Below, one piece after another: positions 41,501 through 52,389 of a stretch of 64,000 bases of DNA. The stretch comes from Oopsacas minuta (lineage: Eukaryota > Animalia > Porifera). Made by a program: the position numbers and the translations under genes. Every line of letters starts with the position of its first letter. Within the stretch, counting starts at the first letter, position 1. The DNA is taken from positions 62,001 to 126,000 of the forward strand of contig JAKMXF010000011.1 in NCBI GenBank assembly GCA_024704765.1. The letters are read 5' to 3'. The notes beneath the pieces are model-generated. The model was not told the DNA's origin and made no database searches. It saw only the letters and a list, made by a program, of their open reading frames with translations.

Positions 41501-42108
41501 CCATCGGGCAATATTTTCCTCGCCCTTCCAATCCCATCCACCTAACTGATCTGCGACCCCACTAACTTTCTCTATGATATATGGAATAGAAGCAATCTCC
41601 CGTTGGGGATTAATCCATGATCTTCTTAATCTTGTTTACACTTAAAATATATATTTACATATATCTCTCCCTGTTAGAAGCTGATTAACAGGCAATACCG
41701 CTGGGGATAAAATTGGATGTGTCTATGTTGACGCGTCCTATTTGGTGCATATGCCATATAAATTATGAAGATATAGAACTAAATTAGAGCAATAATAAAG
41801 CTATAATAAGTATAAAGCAGTATCAATCTGAAAAGTAGTAAATTTTGTAATGAATCACAACAATTATAGTTCACTACAAAGTGTTTATCAAGTCTCATAA
41901 ATATCTTTGGGATTCCTGTATCATATTTGAGTCAATTTCCTTATGAGTATGAATATGAACTATTAAGACAGATACAAAATGAAAAACTGCTAAGGAAGGG
42001 GTATTTATATGAGCTCAAAATTTGCAGAATTATTACAAACACAATACAACTAATAATATTATAGTTCCAGTATACAAATGAGGTTTTTCCATTTTTTGGT
42101 TCACCCTA
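38580..42108 (-). mobile_element. hATm-like transposon, copy 2, inverted relative to copy 1
   Basis: Reverse complement of copy 1 with a constant coordinate sum of 74,616 for every ORF pair and both arm ends, so there is no net indel. All six-frame ORF translations are identical. Only the outer 28 bp (42081-42108) differ. Flanking 8-mers TTCTACAT / TTATTCAT match at 6/8. Confidence 0.92.
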
Positions 42109-43500
42109 TTATTCATGCACACCTTAACTGCTCCTAGCTCAAGGATAACAAATAACTTCCGATCTATCATCCATTGGAGGAGGCTCTAGAGTTGTAAGAG
42201 TACTGTAATCAGAGCCTTGTATGAAGGGTAGACAAGATATTTTAACTCATTACCTAGTACTAGTCGAGATCCTATTAAGGTGCTATTAACAGCCCACAAA
42301 GTCAAAGCAGCACTTAATAGCCGTGGTATGATATTCAAATCTGCTTTTGCTTTACATGCAACGAAGTTTATTGGTGAAATGCCTATTCTTGCCGGGAATG
42401 TATTGAATTCTCTATAGAGTAAAGTATTGGCATTAAAATTAATCATAATCGATGAGATATCCATGGTAGGTAGTAAAGTATCATATGAAATTATAGTTGA
42501 TTGGAAGCAACATTTGGCACACCTCTCCGTTTTGGTGGTATTTCCATCATTTATGCCGGCGAGTTCCACTAAGTACGCCCGTGAAAGATAGATATATCTT
42601 TCAAGTACAAATACAAAAGATGATTCAGTAGTTGGCCCATACCTTTGGAACGAGTTATCATTTATGAAGCTTACTGAAATAATGAGACAGAAAGATTATA
42701 AAGAGTTTGCAGCTGCTATAAATCATTATGCTAACTTAATATAACCATGAATGATATCAATCCTTTCAATAATATACAAATTGGAAAATACTCATTAGAT
42801 AAACTTCATCCTAAGTATATCCAATTCTTGAGTAGTAATGATAGTATTACTGCCCATAACAAGTATATTCTTAATGCAATGGATACTGAAGGTTGGGAAC
42901 CTACAGCAATTGATTCTTTATTAGGTGATGCCATTGGAGAGTAAACTGAGAAGGTGAGAGATAAAATAAAACAGCTAAAAGTCTCCGACTCGCAGGGAGA
43001 GCCATATGAAATGAATCTAAAGGTATTAGCTAGATACATAAGGACTATAAACAATGATACTTCAAATGGGACTTGAATGGAGCAAGAGGTATCCTCCGGA
43101 GAATAGAGTATGGAACTAAGAATGATACTTAAGAACGCTTTCCCCGTATCCTTGGTGGAATTTGTCGATCCAACAGTTAGGTAGCGAGACAATTCAAAAA
43201 GTCATTACCTTCGAAATAGTACAATCCTAAAGCACTGGACTCCCCTTGGATTTGAAAATAGACATTTTTACAAAGGAAAAGGAGTGATTTGTTATTAGAA
43301 TTGTTAGGAAACAATTTTGTTTCATTGTAGCTAAAGTTTTCACTATTAATCAGAATCAAAATGATAATAATGAATACGTAGTTGTCCATATAGATCGATT
43401 CAGGTCTCGTAATGTATTATGCACTGCCCCTTAGTAGAGCAAAATCTGCTTCTGCTCATAGATTGTAGCTACAAAATTTCAGTTAAAGATCTCGCTGTTT
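42109..43500 (+). pseudogene. Helitron PIF1-family helicase remnant, 3' part
   Basis: Walker A remnant GGGSRV(G)KSTVIRALYE (~42176), KVLLTA, Walker B LIIIDEISMVG (42442-42471), FGGISII.AG, LTEIMRQKD, LNGARG, VRKQF and LSRAKS, all in the expected order. Confidence 0.9.
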
Positions 43501-45032
43501 GAGAACTTAAACGATTGAATAAATAATGTCATATTTTAAGGTCAATATCATCAAAAAGTAAATTCACTGCCCAAACGGAGTGCCTGGAAATTTACTGTCT
43601 CGTTTGGTGTCTAGGTGTTCTACTTATTCCAATTGAAAATTATACATACTTCAAGATCTGATTATATACTAACTTTATGAACTACATCAAATTATATCAA
43701 AGTAACGAACCTCACCAGATTACAACAAAGTTGGTTAACAACACTAACAATGTACATTCAACTGGGTATACAAACTAAAGACAGTTTTGTCTACAGTGTT
43801 TAATGAAATAGATATATTTGTATTATAAACTACATCAAATTATAACAAGGCATCACTAACAAGCTAAATTCAATAGATCTTGAAGTATCTGCAGTAGATA
43901 TAACTTTTGATATAAAGAACTAGTAACTAAGTTTAATATAGGTTGAAGCAAACAAGGTTCTGTTCATGATTATTTTAGTTACTAAAAACCTGTTGAAAGT
44001 TGACTAGCTACTACCATTGGCTTAGAGTCTAGAAAGTTAAACTAATTATAGTTGATTGAAAATAATCCCTGGAGTTTACTTACTGTTCATTAGATTTAAT
44101 TTGTCCTTTTACATCCGATTTGTTAATTTACGGCCATAAATGAAGTTTCTGGATGCCTAATAATCAGAAAATATCTAAAAAGCACATGCCCTAGGCTTTT
44201 GAAGGAAGATTTTGACTTTTGTGTAACACATCACGTTCGAGTAGTAAGCGACCGTTACAGTGTGTACCTTACAGTAGTTTTAGGTTATCAGGCGGCATAA
44301 TGCAATGAATATTCTTTTTGTAGTTCACATTTCAAGCTTTTGCCACTAAACACATTTTGTTAATATGATGAAATATGTTTCGAAATATTCGTAATTGGTT
44401 TATAGGGTGATTTAGATATAATTGACCTGTGGTAATTCGGCCCCACTATATTAACTTACTTTAAGATATACTATATTGTAGGAATGAACTTACAATGAAA
44501 TTAATAAGGAAATTCACTTGATTCATAGCAAAGCATTTCAAAGCTTACTGAAGATCAACGATCAAAAAATCAAAGCAATGTGGAGAAAGTTGCGTTGAAT
44601 CAATTGAACGTAAATTCTTATAATGGGATGTGCAAAATAAAAAAAAGGGTAAGTCAAATACCTAATATTGGACAGATTGATGTTATTCATTTCGGTTTGT
44701 CACGCTGCTGTTACTTGAGCTGAGTTACATCCAAGGTCTCAAACACAAAAAAACCTTGCACATGCTAACTGATTAACTTCGACTTTGGCTGCATTGAGAA
44801 TAAGAATACACTTATATCATAATAATTCACATACGCATTTATCGAGTTAACCATCGAAGGGCACACAAGGTTGTGGATCTTGTCTCTTCCACTAAGTGTA
44901 CATATCGTATGTGCTAACGGATTTATTAGTATCAACTCCATCATTTAGACTATATTAAAGTGATATGTATTAAGAGGAATCAGATAAATATGTATAAATA
45001 AAATAAAATAAAAATAGAATAAATACAACAAC

Positions 45033-45185
45033 CTTTCCTGAACAAAGTATAATGTACTGGACTTCATGTGAAGGTAGAGTATTACTAGGAATAATTCGTT
45101 GAAAAGAACTAGGAGATGTAATCTGATCAATATTGCTAACTGCTTGTGGATGCCTTAGTAGGCTTTTTGGCGTACATATTATCAA
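45033..45185 (-). CDS. OGDH: 2-oxoglutarate dehydrogenase E1, internal coding exon (51 aa, phase 0/0)
   Basis: Translates LIICTPKSLLRHPQAVSNIDQITSPSSFQRIIPSNTLPSHEVQYIILCSGK, matching the OGDH/SucA C-terminal motifs 'TPKSLLRHP' and 'LCSGK'. Acceptor ctttcttttag|TTG and donor AAG|gttgtt on the minus strand. Confidence 0.95.
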
Positions 45186-45386
45186 CTAAAAGAAAGATTA
45201 ACAGTTAGAACCAACTTCAAATTAGTGATTCAAACAGATAATTAATAGATATGAGTATCAATAAGATTTGAACAGACAAATGATCTATTTAACATAATAA
45301 ATTCAATATACAAAAAAACTTGCCATTAATACAGGGCAAGTCGTGACCATCGTTATATACGGCTATTCCACTATTCATAATTTCAT

Positions 45387-46371
45387 AAACCATGGATTAC
45401 TTGGAGTTCACTAAATTTGATATCCAATAATATTATTCAGAGAAATACAAAATAAATGTATTATTGTTAGTAAATAATCAACACAAGCTAAATCATCCGA
45501 CGAGTCCTAGGTCGAAATGACGTTATCTGAATGGCTTAAACGAGAATATGTCGAAAAAATGAGCGATTTTACAAGCTCTGTCAAATGATTAATATCGCTT
45601 CGTTGACTCTAGAATTAACACAAAATGATTTAAGCATTATTTCATTCTAAATATCAAAAGATTATCTTAATAAAGTTCTCAGGTTTCAGACTTATAATAG
45701 TGAGCATGGATGACACATTTCTACAGATATTCACCTATAACTTGACAAACTTAAATTTTATGATCAAAGGTCTTGCAAATCTATCATACATACTCGATTC
45801 TCATACACTGATAATACATATTGATATGATATGTCCAAGGATTATTGCACACTCATCAATACTACCATATATGGTCACTCTAAGATTGCATCATAATTGT
45901 CAGAGATATAATATAAAAAAGTATTATATGCGTATGGGAAGTCTGGTTTATACGATATGATCGCAAGATTATTGACCATAAAATTTAAGTTTGTCAAGCT
46001 ATTAGGTGAATATTAGCAGAGAAGTGCATCCATGCTCACTATTATAACTCTGGAATCTGATAACCATATTATTGCAATTTTTTGATATTTTGTATGCAGA
46101 CATAATTAGATCATTTGATGTTAATTCTAGAATTGACGAGCGATATTGAGACTGACAGAGCTTGGAACATGGAACATTTTTAACAAAATATTCACGTTTG
46201 AGCCAATTAGATGACGTCATTTTGACCTGGCACTTGTCGGAAGACATGACTTGTGTCATTTATTAACTAACAATAATACATAAATTAGAGCCAAAATGTA
46301 CTAATTTTGTATTATCGTGAAAAATATTATTTCCTCTTAAAATTTAATGGACATAAAGTAATCCATGGTTT
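45387..46371. repeat. Foldback-type element with ~400-bp imperfect inverted arms (~985 bp)
   Basis: aaaccatggattactt at 45387 versus aagtaatccatggttt ending at 46371. Internal blocks pair throughout, e.g. aatagtgagcatggatg / catccatgctcactatt and cttgacaaacttaaattttatg / cataaaatttaagtttgtcaag. Confidence 0.8.
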
Positions 46372-46860
46372 CGAAAAGAAGTATGGATTTTATATCGAAG
46401 GCCACGGGCTAGTGAAGAACGAACAAAATATAAGTTGATGTTTCATCACAGTATTTCATTCAGATTAGGGGAAATGATTGTCGAATGTTGTATTTAGAGT
46501 TAATAAATTTATAGGTTGGTTGTAAAAGTCAGATAATTTGAAGATATTCTGAGGGAATCTCAGGAACGCTTGAGTGATGAAAATGGAGAATACTTATTGA
46601 GTGGCAATTAAGAATTTAACAACTCGCTCAAAAAGGCTGCGCTGGCAATGGATGCATTCCTTATAGTGAATTTAGCACTACAATACGGGATAAATTTGTC
46701 ACTAAGTGCCTCGAAAAAGTGTTCATTCCTACTCTATGTGAAAATAGTTAGAAAACCGAGTATGTCCAACTTGTTCAGATCAGGATACTGAATGTTGCAA
46801 TACAATAGAAAAATTAAGTGAATTCAAGAATGCGTAGCACTAATCTACTAAATGCATATA

Positions 46861-48135
46861 CAGGGTGGCTTCTAAATTCTGTCCCATGTAAAACCATTAT
46901 TTATCAATATATATATATAGCGTGGTACTGATATTCATTGTTCTAATTTATGATTCAGAGACAAAACATATTTCGCGAAATTTATTCAATATAGCATTTG
47001 TATTACACGTGTAATTCTATCTGGCAAGGCCTGATTAGCAGCACGGAGGGTTTTTGGGGAATTTTATTCCACTCTTGGCAAAGTTTCCTCTTCAGTGACT
47101 TGATACTTGTGTGAGAGTTAACACAAGCTTTCGTCTCGAGAATTGACCACACAGAATAATCCATGGGATTCAGATCAGGACTGTAAGGAGGCCATTCTTC
47201 CTTGGTTATAAAACCAGGAAAATTGTCATGTAACCACGACTCGGTGACATTAGAAGTGTGTGCTGGCGCCCGTCTTGCTGGAAAACAAATGAAGTATCTC
47301 CGAACATATCTCGGCCTATATTCTTCAATACTGGGTCCAAAACCATTTATCGATAATTAATTGAATTGATTATTACTCTTTGTGGTACAAAAACCAATGG
47401 TACCCGGCCCATTTTTGATACCCCTGCCCAAAACCATCACCGACTTAGGGTTCTGTATTCTGCTAACATATCAGAACTTCTCGTCAACTTTGGAAGGAGA
47501 CGATGCAGGTATACAATCATTTTGTACGTTGGTTGCATCCTGGATAGTGAATATTTTCTCATCTGAAAATAATATTTATTCAAGATTCTCAATAGCGTAC
47601 CTTTGCATCTTGCACCCTTTTTTCCTTTTACCAATTGAGAAAGGAAGTGTACCTTCTTACGCTTGGATAAACTCATCCCTAAATCCCTTTTCACAATTTT
47701 AGTCATTGCACATCTTGATACTACAAGATTTACTTATGGAACGTCTAGGATTTCGGCGAATTCGCTGGGCGATGACTTTCCCTAAGCTGGGTGGTTATTG
47801 AGCACGGACGCCCTGATCTCGCCCTATCTTCAACTCTTCCGGTATCCTTGTATCGCCTAATAGTGCGGTACACAAATTTCCTTTTGTTTAGAGGGAGTTT
47901 CAGGATCTTCAAAATTTCCCTTGAAGAATGTCCTTTTGTAAATAATTCCACAATTGCCGATCTCTCACGTCCCATCACTGATAAAGTTGGAATTTCTCTA
48001 CAATTGTACTCTGAAACTGTATATTTATGTTAAATACAGTATAATAAGGTAAACTAATAAGATATATCTAATAGCAGAGACTCAGCATGGAAATGGTTCC
48101 TATAAATCATGGGACAGAACTTAAAAGCCACCTTG
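46861..48135 (-). mobile_element. Full-length degenerate maT (DD37D) transposon, 1,275 bp
   Basis: TA|CAGGGTGGCTTCTAAATTCTGTCCCATG and inverse CATGGGACAGAACTTAAAAGCCACCTTG|TG. Motifs RSGRP, then FQQDG(fs)APAHTSNVTESWLHDNFPGFITKEEWPPYSPDLNPMDYSVW, giving D-x37-D. Confidence 0.93.
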
Positions 48136-48260
48136 TGGTAAAACAAATGCATGATAATACGAATTACATATTCTTACAATAATAGTGTCCTGAGACAGAA
48201 TTGCTCCAAAACTATTGTATTTCAAGGATCACAATGCAAATACAAGTTTAGTATGGACAT

Positions 48261-48575
48261 CAGGGATTTTTCGAGATGATTTGAGGGGGGGAGCAAAATG
48301 CCCCCGCCCCCTGAGCTATGGTCAATTTTCACTGGTAAAATTTTGAATTATTGGGAAACTAGAAAAATCAATGATTGAAGTGGTATGATTATCAAAAATA
48401 TACTGATTAGAATTCATTGCTCGCGACAAAATTATCAATTCATGTGTTAGTGGTATTAGAAATACTTGCAGCAATGACATGAATCTAAGTAATGTACTTT
48501 AGCTCCAAACAATGCCTGCCTCTAATTCATAAAACATTGATTAGTACCTCCTGAAAAATTCTCCTAAAACCCCTG
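48261..48575. mobile_element. Possible hAT-like MITE (~315 bp)
   Basis: cagggatttttcgaga versus reverse-complement end caggggttttaggaga, with an internal ggggggagcaaaatgccccc motif. No convincing TSD. Confidence 0.35.
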
Positions 48576-49424
48576 AACATCACATGTAGTCCGGTCAATC
48601 TAGTCAAAGTTTGGGATGAATCCTGAAGTAGAATATACACACACATTTTCCAAGATTAATACTTGCAATTTGTAAAAAGGCTATGAAAATCCATCATCAA
48701 CAATATGCCCCTTTCAATTGGAACCATCAGACACATTTTGAATACTGAAATCCCATATAACGGCTTCAGGATAAACCGAAACGAATATTTATCTAGATAT
48801 TCGTGAATAGCAATAAATTTCAAGTAGTATGACTTCTCACTCGAATATGTATATTTTCCTGGTATTGCAGGAATGTGGTGACATTCGATCCTCAAATCTT
48901 GTGCCAACCCACTAGCGTGACTCCTTGTTAGACGCCACTAAGCTAACTGAGTCTAGTGTTATACATATTGGTACTCTAAATTGCTTTTAACCGATATAGT
49001 TGTAACATCTACCGCCGCCTACAAATCTCTTATTACTCTACACAAATTTCTAACAAATAGATAATGTCATAGTATGGTTTTTGAGAAATAATTACTACAA
49101 ATGAATAATCTATCATCAATATGTATATCACGATATTTAGTATGTTAAGCCATAGCCTACTAAATACTCAGCCCAAACAGTAACTTCTGTATCTTGTAAC
49201 AGGGGTTATTAGTTGATCATATTGACCAACCATTCTACTTCTTGAAATTTCTGATTTTTAATCAATCAACTTATTTAAATTCAGCATAATAGATATATGT
49301 AAATATAAAAATTTTGACTGACATACTCTAGTTACTAGTAATGATAGTCAATCGCATACCTATTGTAATTTTATAATGCATATACGCTTCTGCTCACTAT
49401 TAGCCTGTATATTGTATCTCTCTG

Positions 49425-52120
49425 ATGCCAAGTGCCTATTTACCCCAGGTTGTACAAGTAATTAATACACAGATGACATGGTGCATATATTCAGGATGCC
49501 AGAGAATCCATCTGGGCTTAAACAGGCCTGGATAAGCGCTCTTCACATTGAGGATATTGATGGTCTCAAGGTCGTTAATGTATGATCAAGCATTTCAGTG
49601 AAGATGTTGAGTACTTTCATAAGGTTCCAATGGTGACTGTACTTTAGCTAGTGTACCTAGCGATAAACTTAGGCCGAAAGAAGTAAGCAATTCCGGGTTG
49701 TCACCTTGTTGTCCCTCATATGATTCATCAACATCGACAAGCAAACGTACTCGTTGTATAATAAATTAAAAGAGAAAGAAATGTTGAATCAAACCATTCA
49801 GCTTAGTCAAAAATCTGAGAGTGGAGCCAAACACAAGTTCATAATTATAAAATTGATAGGACCTGTAAGCTAAGTTGAAATTTATTGTGTTACCAGACAA
49901 TTGGTTAATATGGCAAACTGACAATTCTTGAGATTCTTCCCCGCCTTGTTGACAAACTATTTTAGTGGATGTATAACTAGAAGTAATTCATTTTTATCTG
50001 TATCAGCCTGGTACTATAGACAAAGTAACCTTCTTCGCTTAATTCAATTTATGATATTCGACAAATTGATTCATTATTGTATCAAATTTCCTCAAAATCT
50101 GTATCTGATGATCATCATACTAAATTACATTCATTTCATATTCCTCGTACCAAATAACACATAGAGATTATAATTGATTTAGCTAGCAAAGAGGATCCTC
50201 AGTTATCGCCAAGCTCCAATTTATCCTCCGTCAATTAGATAATATATTTATTCCAAAAGAACAGGCAAAGGTACAATATATTTACTCAAGTCTTTTCAAT
50301 TGAGACTCATCTCATTTTCCAGCATGTTATGTATATCTCTAGGGTTTAGATTGTCTTTCTCTACGGTATGTTCAGACATTAAATACATTGTATACTTCGT
50401 TTGGCATTGAAAACGATTTCTCTACCTATCTTACCCAAGCTATTTTTTCCTTCAGTTCATTGGAGAGAATGTTATAGTTCAAATGGATAAAATACACGTT
50501 AAATCTCATATTACAAATAAAGAGGACCAAACCAGAAATGTGTTCGCGGTAATGGTATCTAGCTTACAAATGAAATGCTCTTTATTACAATATTATTACA
50601 ATGTGGTTCTGTTTCCGCAGAAATATATTTCCCATCATCAAAGTGTATCATTGATATTGAGAATTGTGGTTTACGTATACGGGTAATTTCAACTAATAAT
50701 TATTCTTTGAACCTAAATCTTTCCAACCATTTTCTCTGACTGGCAAATTGGAAACTAGGGTCCCTCACCCATTTGATCCTACTAGATTTCTTCTCGTCAC
50801 ATTCGATTTTGTTCATATTAAAAAGTATTCGGAATAATTTGTTGAATTAGAAGATTTTGATAAGACAATGTATTTCCCCAAGATTGAAGATTTTGAGATT
50901 TTGATAAATGCCAGTACCACCTCTGTCTCCATTCAGCATCTTTTCAGCTCTGAAAGAAGAAATATAGCGAAACTGGCACATCAGTTAACAGTGATAGCTT
51001 GTTTTCCTCTAGTATAGAAAGACAAAATGTCAGATTGATCCTGAAGCTTCTGAATGATCTGGCACTATCCGCTCTTGAGATTCAAAATGAAAACGTTGTG
51101 AAGAATATCATGAAAATACTCTCTACGTTAGTTAAAATCGTTCTTACTCTGTGGAAAATATTGCAAACCCTTCTAAAGAATCCGTTTAAATGACAATCTC
51201 TCAATACACTTGATCTTACACTATGAGCATAAATATATATGAGCTAGCATAGTATATTGGATAGATGCTGACAGTCCTTACATAGTAGTTCTGGTAAATT
51301 GGGTAAGTATACGCATACTAGTTTGAGACACGCTTGTATTGCGTTAGAACAGATAACAAACTATCTACCTGAGTCATATGAATTTTCTTATGTTTCATCT
51401 GCATTTCTGGAAACAGACCCGTTGGAACATCATTTTGGACTCTATTTAGTGAGGGCTGGTTCGAATTATCATATTTCCTATATTCAAATTCTCGAATTCG
51501 AGCCTTGTCTTAAGCTCTCTAACATTCTAAAAATGATTCCTGATCAACAGGACTCTTCCTAATCCATACATACTTTTGTCAAATCTTTTACTACACCTTT
51601 TATTATCTCTAGTGATGACCAAATAGTTATTGGGCCTTATCTTGATGGAATTGGTGATATATCATCAATTGAATACACCCAGCAGACACTCCAGTCGTTA
51701 GCTTTTATCGAAGGTTATTCGGTGAATAAATTCTTAATATGGTTTCAAGAATGCAGATTGTTCACTGATACGCTAACTTCTAATAAAGAATTTATTCCTG
51801 ATTCAATTTCTCAATTCAAGATCTTCAATTAGCAAATCGAGGGGGACTCAAGTATCCATCTGAGCCTGTTCTTAGCTCTGTCATTACTCTGTGGAAGATT
51901 CTGTTTGCTATTGAGGACAATGATCATTTGGCGAATCGACTTGTGCACGATCCATTAGTTGATGAGCTCACATTAATATACAGGGAAGATGATGCAAGTA
52001 TTGATATCTGGAAATCAAACTGTTATATCTGTAATGTTACTAGATGGGATATCTTACGTAAACATATTTTTACTACTGCTAATTACTTGCCAACAAGATT
52101 AAGAACTATAATTCACTTGT
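49425..52120 (+). pseudogene. P-element/THAP9-like transposase remnant
   Basis: Degenerate THAP domain (GCTSN...VHIFRMPENP...AWISAL...KHFSED) followed by QMDKIHVK, VFAVMVSSL, HPFDPTR...FDFVH, SSIERQNV and ETDPLEHHFGLY...GSNYHIS. Many stops and frameshifts; termini not found. Confidence 0.82.
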
Positions 52121-52389
52121 AACTTCTTTATTTATAGAAAAAAGTAAACTGAAAAGTTCTCATAATTGTGGAGTGTATGTGATATAATTGTAATTGTATG
52201 TATTTACATTTATTATGTATGTTGATTCGGTTATTGTTCAATATCCATTAGTTCTAATGAACTTCATTCAAATAGAAGTTCAATATCTTAGTTGAGTACA
52301 AGCGAGGAATTATAAATAATAATTGAGTTTACATTTGATTCGGGGGCTGCATTTGGTAGAATTATCCCAACTGTCACTTGTTAGAATAA

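Larger units (their letters stand above)
15457..45032 (-). other. OGDH: 29,576-bp spliceosomal intron of OGDH, filled with DNA transposons
   Basis: GT at 45032-45031 and AG at 15458-15457 (minus strand). The flanking exons are colinear with OGDH with no missing residues, so no intervening coding exon is needed. Confidence 0.88.

Noticed and set aside
33051-41565. Small antisense ORFs (81, 61 and 126 aa) duplicated in both hAT arms
   Set aside because: They are shadow frames of the transposase pseudogene, and their duplication simply reflects the inverted repeat.
32509-42108. Inversion of the spacer by recombination between the inverted arms
   Set aside because: Copy 1 keeps matching TSDs on both sides, and the Helitron reads in the same orientation on both sides of copy 2. 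The spacer is therefore in its original orientation in this haplotype.
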